From: Octopus bimaculoides
Taxonomy: Eukaryota
Assembly (NCBI RefSeq): GCF_001194135.2
Contig: NC_068982.1
Coordinates: forward strand, 35,024,243 to 35,088,242
DNA length: 64,000 nucleotides
Reading direction: 5' to 3'
This document shows, piece after piece, positions 1-12,645 of this stretch. The notes under the pieces were generated by a model, which saw only the letters and a program-made list of their open reading frames with translations, was not told the DNA's origin and made no database searches. The first letter of the stretch is position 1. Each line of letters opens with the position of its first letter. The position numbers were made by a program, and so were the translations under genes.

Positions 1-34
1 ATATATATGTTTGTATGTGTGTATATGTTTGTGT

Positions 35-240
35 GTCTGTGTTTGTTCCCCCAACATCGCTTGACAGCCGATGCTGGTGTGTTTACGTCCTCGTAACTTA
101 GCGGTTCGGCAAAAGAGACCGATAGAATAAGTACTAGGCTTACAAAGAATAAGTCCTGGGGTCGATTTGCTCGACTAAAGGCGGTGCTCCAGCATGGCCA
201 CAGTCAAATGACTGAAACAAGTAAAAGAGAGTAAAAGAGA
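35..240 (+). mobile_element. 3' half of composite tRNA-derived SINE (family C: head + internal (TA)n/(TG)n + tail)
   Basis: Sequence tgtttgtyccccaacatcgcttgaca...gcggttcggcaaaagagaccgatagaataagtact...ggcggtgctccagcatggcc...gaaacaagtaaaagag recurs at ~36730, ~41960, ~50710, ~56885 and inverted at ~1905, ~8750, ~16760. Confidence 0.85.
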
Positions 241-763
241 GTATGCCTATTACTTTTTTTTTTTTAATCCTCCATCGCATTGTTTACATACAAGTATTCG
301 TATACGAAACCTCCTAACTTTCAGTGCTAGCTCTGAATTCTATAGAGCATCTGGAGAGATAACGCAAAAATATCAAGCAATGCAATCCTTGATACACAAT
401 GTCGGAAAAATACCGAAATGGTTATAACTGGGACGACTCAGATTATAGATCTGCCGTGGGCAAACTGTTGCCCGCAGGACTTTCTGAACAGTATGCCTAA
501 TTTCACGAAGAAAATAACATTTATTGAAATAACTTTTAATTTGTTTAGTAGTGCGGCTAACATGATTATGAGCTATGTCTCATACGGTCTGCTTTTCGAA
601 GAAGGTTGCCCATGCTTGTTATAAATCATAGAGCTGACCGGTAACTAAATGATAATGACGCTGACTGTTGTATGCATCTCTGCTCGATTATCAGCAGCAG
701 CATCAACACAACATTACCACTGCTACCACCATGGCCACCAAAATCAACAAAAACAACGGCAGA

Positions 764-795
<32 letters not shown>

Positions 796-1016
796 CACTC
801 CAACTTTAACAGAGAATAACAGAGGAGACGGTTTAACTGATATATTTATAGAGTAGGAAATAGGAATCACTGGAAAATATATAGAAATCAATAGACAAGT
901 TATCAAACTGTTTTCTGAAGCACATAGCTATAACGATTAGTGGTTGGTAGTTTACAACTACGTTTTAAACTGTGTTTGTGTGTGCTTGTGTATGAGCGCG
1001 TGTGTGTATGTACACG

Positions 1017-1047
<31 letters not shown>

Positions 1048-1904
1048 CCGATGAGACACACACCACACAACACACATATATAAAACGATCAGACATAAAT
1101 ACACACACACATATATATATATACATACATACATATGCATATAGGCGTAATATACTTATCTATCTATCTGTCTATCTGTCTATTTATCTATACTCACACA
1201 CACACACGCACGCACACACACAACAAGCACACACAAACATATGACGACACAACGGTAAAGACGTTAGTGTGGCTAAATAGCTCCCCGCTGCTACGTTAAT
1301 GAGTCCTAAACTTAGCCTTTAATTACACAGCTCAGCTGTGCCACTTAACAAGTCAGACTCAACATACGGTGCACCCGCTGACAAGCACGCCGCTGGGAAA
1401 GGATCTGTTTAATGCGAGGCTGTCGGACTAAGGCATTATTTATTTAATACTCTGTGGTTTTCGCTCTGTCTTAGCATGATTTTGTTTTCTTCTTATTCCA
1501 TGCGAAGCCAACCCTTTGAAAGAGACAGTGAACCGAATTGACTTTATCAAGAAAGATACATTACAGTTAAATCTTTCTATACGTGTGCTCCCAGCTTTAT
1601 TATTATTATTATTTTCTTTTTTCTGGAATAGTCGAATGAAAACGGTAGATTTAGCATACAACAAATATTCTCACATACATATACTTACACATAAGCTTAC
1701 ATAGTCTTTTAGGTAAATTGTACAGATACGCATGAACTCATACATACACGCGCGCGCGCACACACATGCATATTTACATATTACCTTAAAATATATGTGT
1801 GTGGTGTGTGCATGAGTGTGTGTTTGTTACTAAAACTGCCAATCACGTATATGTGTATTTAAGGGTCTGTGTGTGCATATATGTATATTTATCTTTTATT
1901 TTTC

Positions 1905-2110
1905 ACTCTTTTCATTCACTGGACAACAGCACCGCCTTGAAGGTTTTAGCCGAATTAATTGACCGCACTACTTCTTTTATGTATTTTGTTTTTGTGGGGG
2001 TCGGTTGCTTGAAACTTATTATATCACGTAGTTTTGCCGAACTGTTAAGTTACTGAAACGTAAGCTAACCAACACCGGTTGTCAAGCGGTGATGGGGGAG
2101 AAACACAGCT
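1905..2110 (-). mobile_element. Family C SINE tail (minus); its head lies at 3245-3385
   Basis: Reverse complement of the tail at 35-240 (cagcaccgccttgaagg..., gttttgccgaactgttaagttac...ggttgtcaagcggtgatggggg). Confidence 0.75.
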
Positions 2111-2149
2111 CAAACACAAATATATGTAAATTGAAAGAAACACGTCATA

Positions 2150-2237
<88 letters not shown>

Positions 2238-2261
2238 TGTGTGTGTGTGTGTGTGGATGGA

Positions 2262-3086
2262 CAAACAAAAACAAAATGCAATTAAACGAGAGAAAATTTG
2301 TGCTAATGCATTATGGAAGAAAGGCATTGCTAAAACAAAGGGGAACCATAACAGAAACTAATAATATCAGAGACCAAGGAGTAATTGTTGACAACAATCT
2401 CAAATGGGGTGCCCACATCAACAATAAGGTCGATATAGCTTGTAAGATGAGCTCCTGGATCATAAGAACCCACCGGTCTAGAGAACAGGGTGTCATCATT
2501 CCTCTTTTCTCTTCCTTTGTACGGCCACACCTCGAATACTGCTGCCCCCTGTGGTCTCCCCATACAAAACAAAACATTTCGAAAATTGAATCACCCCAGA
2601 GGTCATTCACTAAAGGAATCAAGGGCATGACTGATCTCGATTATTGGGACCGCCTTAAAGCAACGAAACTATTCTCTCCAGCACCGCCGTGAGCGATAAA
2701 TCATTTGCACGATGTGAGAATATACCACCAGCATTGCCATAACGACCACAACATTAGCTTCAAAATTCATACAAGGCTAAGACCACGGGCCATACGGCCC
2801 CTACAAAATTCAGGATCACAACACATAAATACAGTGCGTCACAATTTCTTTCCTTCAACAGGCCCCGTACTATTTAACATTGTCCCGAAACAGATCAAAG
2901 AAGAAAAGGATCCCATCACCTTTAAACAGAATCTGGACAAATTTCTTCAAGGAATGCCAGATAAGCCACTTATACTTGGATACAACTCACTCAACAAGAA
3001 CTCCCTACTCCAATGGACCATGATATCACAAAAGTTGACTTTAAAAGGATCTAGCTATTCCTATCAGGTGGTGCGACTGAGTTAGA
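2262..3086 (+). mobile_element. 5'-truncated, frameshifted CR1/Jockey-group LINE ORF2 C-terminal fragment
   Basis: Translates MQLNERKFVLMHYG..IRDQGVIVDNNLKWGAHIN..VRPHLEYCCPLWSP..DYWDRLK, then in another frame ..LFNIVPKQIK..FKQNLDKFLQGMPDKP. These are typical post-RT motifs of CR1-like LINEs. Clearly homologous to the copy at 6030-6824. Confidence 0.85.
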
Positions 3087-3175
3087 CATACAAATATATA
3101 TACACATTTGTGTGTGTGCATGTGTGTGTGTGCATGTGTGTGTGTGCATGTGTGTGTGTAAACTGAAAGAAACAC

Positions 3176-3244
<69 letters not shown>

Positions 3245-3253
<9 letters not shown>

Positions 3254-3385
3254 CTTCCTTTCAGTGTGCACTCGCCAAATCCACTCACATGGCTATGGTG
3301 GGCCCAAGATTATAGTAGCAGACACTCGACCATGTCAAATTGCCGCATAGTGAGACCGAACATGGTTGGGAAGCGTGTGTGAGAG
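3245..3385 (-). mobile_element. Family C SINE head (minus)
   Basis: Reverse complement of the head at 36540-36690 (ttcagt..ccaaatccactcaca..ggccc..ctatagtag..agacact). Confidence 0.7.
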
Positions 3386-3602
3386 TGAGTTGATAAATGT
3401 ATGAATTGATATGGAGAGAGAAAGAGAGGGAGAAAGAGGAGGAAAGAAAGTAAGAAGAGGAGGATCAAGTAAGAACACTTAAGCATAAATCCGATGAATA
3501 AAACAAAGGAAGAATAAAGGAATCGTCTCAGAGAAAACTGAAAGTAAAGTTTGAAAGAAAAATTAAAGTATCCCAAAATAGATGCATAAATAGCAACAAT
3601 AA

Positions 3603-3931
3603 ACTGGCACTCCGTCCGTTACGACGACCAGGGTTCCAGTTGATTGTATCAACGGAACAGCCTGTTCGTGAAATTATCGTGCAAGTGGTTGAGCACGTCA
3701 CAGGCACGCGTACCCTTAACTAAGTTCTCGGGGGAGATTCAGCGTGACAGAGAATGCGACAAGGTTGGCCCTTTGAAATATAGGTACAACTCATTTTTAC
3801 CAGATGAGTTAACTGGTACAACGAGAAATGAAGTGTCTTGCTCAAGAACACAACGCGCCGCAGGAAATCGATCTCATGATCATAAGGTCGTGAGCTGAAT
3901 ACTCTAACCACTAAGCCACGCGACTTCACAA
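3603..3931 (-). mobile_element. tRNA-derived SINE family D, near full length
   Basis: Homologous to 40384-40706 (+) and 58215-58542 (-). Flanked by a caacaataa direct repeat (3594-3602, 3932-3940) compatible with a TSD. Confidence 0.85.
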
Positions 3932-4639
3932 CAACAATAATAATGATTCTATGGCTCCGTAAACTGCGATCGATTGACGTCGTTGTCTTCTTGTGTATTA
4001 CGCAATGTTAGATCGAGCTTGGGATTCCTCTTCTGTTGGGTTTTGCTCTTTCATTCCTTTCCTGCTGCTCTCCTCTCTGTTTCTATTGAATCTCCACTGA
4101 TAGAAAACGATGGGAAAGCTGTTTTAGTTACGGGAGGGGACGATTACTTCCTCGTCAATTGCTGGAATCGAGGACGTGATAGATTTTATGGTCTCCCGCG
4201 GAACTGGAGCCAATGTTGATCGTTTGTTGTTTCTGCTGTAGAAGACTTCCCCCCTCAATTCCTCTCACACTATCACCGCTGATAATACCAAGGGATTTGA
4301 TCTTACAGCTTCTTGATCAGTTCCTGGAACTGCGGGCGAGGTATTCTCCTCCAGCAATTCCGAAGTTTCGAGGGGTAATACTGATGGGGTAGCAGCTTCT
4401 GAATTCCCCTGGTGTTATTGCTGCTTTATTTCTCTTAATTCTTTTTTCAATTACTTAGAAGAAGAAGAGAAAAAAATGGACGAGTAAAAGTTGTATAAAT
4501 ACAAGAAAGATAAATACGTTAAAAGTTTGATAGAAATTAAACACATTGAATAAACAAATAATTATATAAAAATATACAATATTCAAAATAAAACATATAA
4601 TGTGGCAAAGATGAAGAGCAGATAGTGTAACTCCTACAC

Positions 4640-5180
4640 ACAAGCATGAGAATCTATCGCCCAGATCGAGTTAGAACACTTCATGACTTTGTTCGCCTGC
4701 TACTCATTATATTGAAATTGAGTACTCCCAAAGCATCTGTAAGCATTTTCTAGGTTGGTCATAATAAAAATCATTCAGCGTCCTGTAGGTAATGTGCTTT
4801 ATGCTGTGATAGACCATAGATGTAGCCTTCACCAACATCTTAACCTCTGTCTGATTCATATTATTCGGCCGACACTAAATATGCCTCCTTGAACAAAAAG
4901 TTACCATCATTATCAACTGTGTAAACGTCTAGCTTGTATCTCAATTACACGTTGCCATTCACGGTACTAAGAACACCATGTCGTTGGTGAATGTGTAACT
5001 ATTCTTCCAATGCAATATATGGTTTTTGCCTAAGCTCACCATTCTTTTTCTGTTTTCTCTTCCTTTTCCTATACCCTGTGACAGCCTGCCACTCCTTTCC
5101 AGCTTTCATTTGGTTCCCATCGTCGCAAAAAGATGAGGCAGGACTAATAGGAGGAGGAGTTATTGACCCCATTATCTTCT
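4640..5180 (-). mobile_element. Possible decayed L1/Tx1-type ORF1 relic
   Basis: Minus frame reads MGSITPPPISP..WQAVTGYRKRKRKQKK..; near 4700-4770 it reads YYDQPRKC and, after a 1-nt shift, (Y)RCFGSTQ, a degenerate YxxQPxxCxxC zinc-knuckle context. Multiple stops. Confidence 0.35.
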
Positions 5181-5670
5181 AAGACTGACAATGTAATCTT
5201 CTCCGCCAAAATAGTAATAACAAAATATTAACAAAAACCCTACAACTACACCAAAGCTTACAATGTTATCTAAAATCCAAAAGGCAACCCTGCTGTCAAT
5301 ATCTTACATGCTTATACACGCCACCAATCACCTAATGTGTATAAAAAACATCACTCAATAAAATAATACAACTCACATTATACATATTGGATGCCCTCAA
5401 GGACAAGCTAACATGGATGATAGTTTTCTTTTAGAGATGTTTTTAGCTCACAAGGAAGCACGAAATGTCAAGGTTTTATGGAGGGGAGTGCCGAGAGTGT
5501 AAAGTTGTGATTTTTCTTAGAAATGAAATATCTAAATCAACTAAAATATTTATATTTTCAAATAAACTTTATCACGATTAGAATGTGAGAACATTCTATT
5601 AGCGCGGATCAGAAGTGCAACTGAAGGTCGGACAAGTTAGGCCTAATAAAATTTCATTTTATAAATCGTC

Positions 5671-5775
5671 AAGGCGGCGATCTGTCAGAATCTTTAACGC
5701 GTCAGGCAAAATGCTTAGCGATATTACCTTCCAGCTTTTTACATTCTGAGGTCGACTTTACCTTTCATTTTCCAT
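5671..5775 (+). mobile_element. Family A SINE fragment (internally deleted)
   Basis: aaggcggcgatctgtcagaatc..aaatgcttagcg..gaggtcgactttacctttcat matches family A. Confidence 0.65.
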
Positions 5776-6029
5776 AAATATTTAATATAGGGGACACTAG
5801 TCTATGCAAATATCTAAATGTAGACGTGAGAACGAAATAACATAAAAAATATATAGATAAATTATCGCACAAAATTATCTTAAATTTGGTTAAAATAATC
5901 TGATGTCTTTTGGTGGATGGGGATTACAAAACATGTGGGAGGTGGCGTTTGCAAGATATTTCTTGGTGAGAGGATGTGCTGAGCTATGAAAGGTCCACAA
6001 GCAATTCTCCACACAATTTGATGAAACTC

Positions 6030-6824
6030 TGCTATATCACGGCATCTAATAATATCAGAGACCTGGGTGTAATTGTTGATAACAATCTCAGTTGGAGTGC
6101 CCACATCAACAATAAGGTCAATATAGCTCGTAGGATGAGCTCCTGGATCTTAAGAACCTTCCGGTCCAGAGAACAAGGTGTCATCATTCCACTTTTCTCC
6201 TTTGTACGGCCACTCCCCAAATATTGCTGCCCCTTGTGGTCTCCCCATACAAAACAAAACATCTCGAGGATTGAATCACCCCAGAGGGCATTCACTAAAC
6301 GAACTGAAGGCATGACTGATCTCGATTACTGGGACCGCCTTAAAACCTTGAAACTCTACTCTCTCCAACGCCGCCGCGAGCGGTACATCATTTGTACGAT
6401 GTGGAGAATATACCGCCAGCATTGCCCAAACGACCTGAATATTAGTTTCAAGGTTCATCCAAGGCTGGGACCACGCGCCATACGTCCCCTGCCCAATTCA
6501 GGATCACAACATATAGGTACACTGCGACATAATTTCTTTTCCTCAACAGGTCCTGCCCTGTTTAACATTGTCCCAAAACTGATCAAAGAGGAAAAGGATC
6601 CCATCACCTTTAAACGGAGTCTGGACAGTTTCCTTCAAGGAATACCAGATAAGCCACCCATACCTGGATACAACTCACTCAAAAAGAACTCACTACTTGA
6701 ATGGATCATAAACAAAACTTGACTTAAAAAGGATTTAGATATTCCTATCAGGTGGTGCTATTAAGTTAGGCATGGCCTGGACCAATCTTTGGTCGAAACA
6801 TGTCTAGGTTTATCTAAGTTTATC
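6030..6824 (+). mobile_element. 5'-truncated CR1/Jockey-group LINE with intact 3' end
   Basis: ORF 5976-6722 contains IRDLGVIVDNNLSWSAHIN..YCCPLWSP..DYWDRLKTLKLYSLQRRRERY..LFNIVPK..FKRSLDSFLQGIPDKP. It is followed by a 3' stem-loop (6767-6806) and a short CTAAGTTTAT-like tandem tail. Confidence 0.88.
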
Positions 6825-7698
6825 ATTGAACAACAAACCAAACACCGCAACAAAGTATAAACGAAGTAGCATACAAACAGAATTCTAACGTTGTTTATAT
6901 ATAAAGTTAGAGTTATGGGTAAATTCTAATGCTATAAAGATAACACTGCCCAGACCTGAAGAGCATAGAAGTGCACCTGGTGCTGCAGCAGAACACTCAC
7001 AATAATGGAAACTTGATGTGTTTCTCAAACCATGAATGATAAAAATAACAACAACAACAACAACAAAAATAACATCATTTAGGTTTCAAAAAAAGAAAGA
7101 AGGTATATGGAAATAACTTTAAAGAAAGGGAGGACACTTTTTTATACAACAGATATTAAGAAGAAGAAGCAGGAGGAGGAGGAAGAGACAAATAGAAACA
7201 AGCAGAGACAAGTAGAGAATCAGAGCCAGAGACAAGGAGAGTTGTATGGAGATGAAAATAAGGGCAGTTGGTGAAGAAAATATAAAAATAAACAGAAAAA
7301 TAAAGGAAAATGTGAGATGAATAGGGAAAGGGGGAGAAGGGGTGAGAGAAGCTAGAGATAGAAAGAGAGAGAAAAATTGATAGAAAAGATGAGAGAAGAA
7401 ATAAAGAAAGATAGAGAGCGACATTTGATAGTGATATGGGGAAGAGGAAAGTAAAAAAGAAAAGGCACAGAGGAATGTGAAAAAGATGTTGTTATCGATA
7501 GATGGAACTAAGATGGTGGTGAGGTGCTGGAACAGTTGTTTATTTTCTCAACAAAACGCTACAAGAGGAGTAGAAACAGATTGGCAGATTTAGTTCAACT
7601 GAAAAAGGAAAAGTAAAAGAAAATGTCTCGTTAATAGCTTACAGTGTTTATAATTAGGATGGATATTACAGCAGTCAAGGCCCAGGAAGCGCAGAAAA

Positions 7699-7734
<36 letters not shown>

Positions 7735-8073
7735 AAAGTAAAACAAAACAGAGACAGACAGATAGAATGTGTGCTGGAGTAGGACGAGTCATGTGATTTA
7801 AAATAAATGAAAATAATAAGAAAACAAGGACAAGAAATGAACCAAGCCGTACAACAAAAACAAAGGAAAAGTTCCTTAACTTTGAATATTCCCTACAAGC
7901 AAGTACATAAGTAAATAAAATATTTAATCCGCAAATAAATTACGATACAGTGTTAACTAGCTCTAATGACTCAATGCACTGCTGTGTGTAGTTTGATGTT
8001 TCACTGTCTGAGTTCAAATTCCTCCTGTGTCAACTCAAATTTTGGATGAAGCAGTCAATATTTTTTTCAACTA

Positions 8074-8164
8074 GGGCGGCGAGCTGGCAGAATCGTTAGC
8101 ACGCCGGGCGAAATGCTTAGCGGTATTTCGTCTGTGTGACACCGGTTGAAATGCTTAGCGGTAT
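8074..8164 (+). mobile_element. Family A SINE head, 3'-truncated, with 17-bp local duplication
   Basis: ggcggcgagctggcagaatcgttagcacgccgggcgaaatgcttagcggtat; gaaatgcttagcggtat occurs at 8110-8126 and 8148-8164. Confidence 0.75.
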
Positions 8165-8744
8165 AACGACTCCGTGAATTTGGACTATTACTTATTATTT
8201 GAGTGCGTCTGTACAGTAAGTGCAAGTTTCCATTGACTGTTTTTGTGTGTTCTTGTTATAACTATTGTGTGATAGTCTTCGTTCGAAAACTATCGTGTGT
8301 TTCCAGTATGGGGGAAACAGTAATTTCTGGTAAGATGCCGAATAGTATATCTTCGTCTGGCGAAGAGGCGTCAACCGAGAGAAAAAATATAGAACATTTA
8401 TTGTTTGGAGAAGTTTCGGATTCTTCTGAAGAGGAGTTTCCAAATNNNNNNNNNNNNNNNNNNNNNNNNNNNNNNNNNNNNNNNNNNNNNNNNNNNNNNN
8501 NNNNNNNNNNNNNNNNNNNNNNNNNNNNNNNNNNNNNNNNNNNNNCAAATAACTATCCTCAACCGCATCCTAAGAAAAGGCATCACATTGATTGGCAAAT
8601 ATTCACTTACCAACATACTTCAGTTAATAACACACGAGTGCTCTGTTTCTTCTCTGTGTTTTCTCTGTCACTATTATTGCAATCCATACTGCTTTGAAAT
8701 AATTAATTTCTTAATGTATCCTTCCGTAAACATCCAATAAATTT

Positions 8745-8945
8745 TATTATTTATCAGTCACGAGACTGCCGCCCTGCTAGGGCAACGCCTTGAAGAACTT
8801 TAGTGGAATGTATGCTTTTAAAGTACATATGCTTTTAAAGCCTGGTACTAATTATATTGCCGACTTTGCTGAACCGCTAAGTTACAGGGATGTAGACACA
8901 CCAAAAGCGGTTGTCAAGCGGTGGCGGTGGAGAGACAAACCAGAC
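8745..8945 (-). mobile_element. Family C SINE tail (minus); head at 9777-9925
   Basis: Reverse complement of tail consensus (cagtcacg..ctgccgccc..ccttgaagaac..tttgctgaaccgctaagttac..ggttgtcaagcgg). Confidence 0.7.
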
Positions 8946-9028
8946 ACATGCACATTGATACATATATACATACATACATACGTACATACATACATACACA
9001 TATTTGTGTGTGTGTGTGTGTGTGTGTG

Positions 9029-9360
9029 AAGGCACATGTCTTAGTGTTTAGGATGTCGGGCTTACAATCATGAGGTAGTGAGTCTGGAATCCCGGGCCGG
9101 GTTGTGTGTTATGTTCTTGAGCAAGACATTTAATTTCACATTACTCCAGTTTACTCAGCTCTAGTAATGAGTTGTGACGTCACTGGTGCCAAGCTGTATC
9201 AGCACTTTTGTCTTTCCCTTGGGTAACATCAGTGGCGTGGAGAGGGGAGGCTGGTATGCATGGGTGATTGCTGGTCGTCCATAAACAACCTTACCTGGAC
9301 TTGAGCCTCGAAGGGTAACATTTTATGGGCAACCCCATGGTCATTCATGACCGAAGGTGG
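9029..9360 (+). mobile_element. SINE sharing the family D head/core but with a different 3' body
   Basis: Head ..gttcttgagcaagacatttaatttcacattactccagtttactcagct matches 40384-40510; the body after ~9180 does not match family D. Confidence 0.7.
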
Positions 9361-9410
9361 GGTCTTTTATATGTGTGTATACATACATATATATATATAT
9401 ATACATACAT

Positions 9411-9471
<61 letters not shown>

Positions 9472-9776
9472 NNNNNNNNNNNNNNNNNNNNNNNNNNNNN
9501 NNNNNNNNNNNNNNNNNNNNNNNNNNNNNNNNNNNNNNNNNNNNNNNNNNNNNNNNNNNNNNNNNNNNNNNNNNNNNNNNNNNNNNNNNNNNNNNNNNNN
9601 NNNNNNNNNNNNNNNNNNNNNNNNNNNNNNNNNNNNNNNNNNNNNNNNNNNNNNNNNNNNNNNNNNNNNNNNNNNNNNNNNNNNNNNNNNNNNNNNNNNN
9701 NNNNNNNNNNNNNNNNNNNNNNNNNNNNNNNNNNNNNNNNNNNNNNNNNNNNNNNNATATATATATATATATATAA

Positions 9777-9925
9777 ACGAGCTTCTTTCAGTTTCTGTCA
9801 ACCAAATTCACTCCGGTCGGCCCGAGGCTATAGTAGTAGACACTTGCCAAAAGTACCACGCGGTGGAACTGAACCGAGAACTAAGTGGTTAGGAAGCAAA
9901 CCTCTTACCACACAGCTACGCCTTC
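9777..9925 (-). mobile_element. Family C SINE head (minus)
   Basis: gagcttctttcagtttctgtcaaccaaattcactc..ggcccgaggctatagtagtagacacttgcc..ggaactgaacc..cttaccacacagc. Confidence 0.8.
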
Positions 9926-9929
9926 CCCT

Positions 9930-10290
9930 AATATGCCACTACTCGATTCTTCTCATTTTCTTACTCCTTTCATTTCGCACTTCCAAGAAGACTCCCTGAA
10001 CTAAATAAACATCATACCCAATCAAGCGATTCCAGTATAGCGATTCCATTTGGGAATGTCTTCCGTGTTCCATGTCTGCTGGCGATATAGTCTTGCAGTT
10101 AGGGACTCTGAACATTGCCGAATCTGCATTCCAAAGTCTCTGCGTCACCTTCAGGACAAGAAAGTGCTTCAGCCTTGACCAGTTGATGACCCACCGGAAA
10201 ACTGAAATCAATTCATTAGTCCTGGGGTGGGTGGTGCAGGGATGCGAAGAGTATATCAGCTCTGTCCGTCCTGATCTGACTAACAACCAT
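9930..10290 (-). mobile_element. Possible L1/Tx1 ORF2 C-terminal (zinc-binding) relic
   Basis: One minus frame gives LFASLHHP..ALSCPEGDAETLEC, with RQC in a shifted frame, and ..LLGSAK*KE*..EKNRVV. This loosely fits CxxC..ETxxH..C and AKxxIW..RN motifs. Many stops. Confidence 0.25.
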
Positions 10291-10343
10291 ACGCACACAC
10301 TCACACAAACACGCACACACACACACACACACACTCACATGCA

Positions 10344-10381
<38 letters not shown>

Positions 10382-10977
10382 TAGTAGTAATCTTGTTATT
10401 TTTGATTATAGTTTTAATTATGCTAACTCTACCTGTCTGCGCGCTTTCAAACATATTTGATAAATCAATATCATTAGCTGCAGCATCTTCATCTTCGTAA
10501 TCATCATCATCATCATCATGATCATCATCGTCATCATCACCACGCCATTATCATCCTCATCACCACCATCATCATCATCACCATCATCATCATCACCACC
10601 ACGCTACCACCACCGTCTTCATCATCATTAACATCATCATCATCATCATCATTATTATTATCATCAGTTTGTGATCAACATCACTGTCAGTATCGTAATC
10701 ATTATTATTATTATTATTATTGTTGTTGTATGTCAATTTTTTCCCCCTCTTTCTTCATGTTCCACCTTCTCGGCCAACTCCTTTCTCTGTCTCTTTCCAT
10801 TGCAGTTATAAAAACCACTCCATAAACCACAGATAGCCAAAAAAAATGACGAAGATGTTTTTAATTAAGAGAGAATATGATAGACGCATTAAATAGCTAT
10901 CTACTTGAAATCATTTTCCTGAAGGAACACACACGGACAACAAGACAGAACACAAGGAAGAGACAGAGTTGAGTTAT

Positions 10978-11063
<86 letters not shown>

Positions 11064-11753
11064 ACTCGCGCACACACTAACGCATGCATATTTGCTATAC
11101 GCGCTTACATACACATTTGCACGTATCCGCACATGCACATACTACACACATGGGGCACAGGGTCCTATAGAGGAAACATAGCAAAAAACAAGAAAAAAAG
11201 ACAAAAGAAAGAGAAAGACAATAACAACAACAACTAAAGCTATAGGAAAGGTAAATAAAATTATGGTAGGGAACACTTGAGAATCCAACCGGAAATTCCA
11301 CTTACAAGCTGCCACAGACAGACAATCGGCATAAATAGTAAAATACTACTACTACTACTACTACTACTATTACTACCAATACCACCACCACCACAATAAT
11401 CACCACCACCACCACCACAACTACTACTACTACTACATACTTGAATCCTCCCCCGACACCTCTTCTCCTTCGTTGCTCCTTCTTATTTTTCTTATTTTTC
11501 GTCTTTCTCTTTCTCCACAACGAAGAAGAGAGATAAGAAAAAAAAAAAGAAATACCAAATAATTATTGGGAAGGAAATACTGAGTTAGTTCTTAGTAAAT
11601 GAATAATGTAAAATAGTGAATGAATGTCTTGTTGAGGTATAGAAGAGGAGGAGGAGGAGGAGAATGGGAGGTGAGGAGAGGAGTAATTGAAACGTAGTTG
11701 CAAAAGAGAGTAGAGTGAGAACAGGTTATTAAATTAACAGACAGTCGTGATGA

Positions 11754-11900
<147 letters not shown>

Positions 11901-12017
11901 ATGCCAACGGAGTGGAAGGAAAGCCGTAAGATTGAAGTAATGTTTAGGAAGACGTCGACGACGTAGTTAAAGGAATGTTGTGGTGAAATGTATAGATGTA
12001 TAAATATTGATTTCAGA

Positions 12018-12645
12018 TTTTGGCTCAAGGCCAGCTATTTCGGAGGAGGGGATAAGTCAATTATATCGACCCCCAGCACTCAACTGGTACTTATTTTATC
12101 CACCCCGAAAGGATAAAAGGCGAAGCCGACTTCAACAGAATTTGAACTCAGAGCGTAAAGACGGATGAAATGCCGCTAAACATTTTGCCCGGCGTATTAA
12201 CGATTCTGCTAAAGGATGTATGAATATTGACTTCAAATTTTGACACAAGGCCAGTAATTTCGAAGGAGAATATTAGTCGATTACATCGATTCCAGCGCTC
12301 ACTTCGTATTTATTTTATCCACCCTGGAAGGATGAAAGGCAAAATTGTGACCTCGGCTGAATTTGAACTCAGGACATAAAGATGGACGAAATGCCGACAA
12401 AAGTTTTGCCCGGTGTATTAACGCAAGAGGATAAATGAATATTCTTTTCTACTCTAGGCACAAGGCCCGAAATTTTTGAGAGGGGGCCAGTCGATTAGAT
12501 CGACTCTAGTAAGCAACTGGTACTTAATTTATCGACCTCGAAAGGATGAAAGGCAAAATTTTGACCTCGGCTGAATTTGAACTCAGAACATAAAGACGGA
12601 CGAAATGCCGTTAAGCGTTTTGCCCGGTGTATTAACGATTCTGCA
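12018..12645 (-). mobile_element. Three head-to-tail family A SINE copies (~12018-12210, ~12232-12424, ~12445-12645)
   Basis: Each contains aactggtacttattttat.accccgaaaggatgaaaggc..gaatttgaactcag..aaagacgga.gaaatgccg. The B-box-like GAGTTCAAATT is on the minus strand. Confidence 0.9.

Noticed and set aside
3960-4440. Coding-like minus-strand stretch (..PLETSELLEENTSPAVPG..)
   Set aside because: Stops present, no motif recognised, and separated from the 4.6-5.2-kb relic by a T-rich tract.
6775-6806. GAAACATGTC after a 6-bp hairpin as a hammerhead
   Set aside because: No CUGANGA core upstream; better explained as a LINE 3' stem-loop.
8426-8445. CTGAAGA-GGA-GTT-TCC-AAAT as a hammerhead
   Set aside because: Lacks the G of GAAA, and the rest is in a gap.
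8310-8640. piggyBac-like acidic N-terminus (IEHLLFGEVSDSSEEEF)
   Set aside because: Only compositional similarity, interrupted by a gap; no TTAA/TIR or catalytic motif seen.
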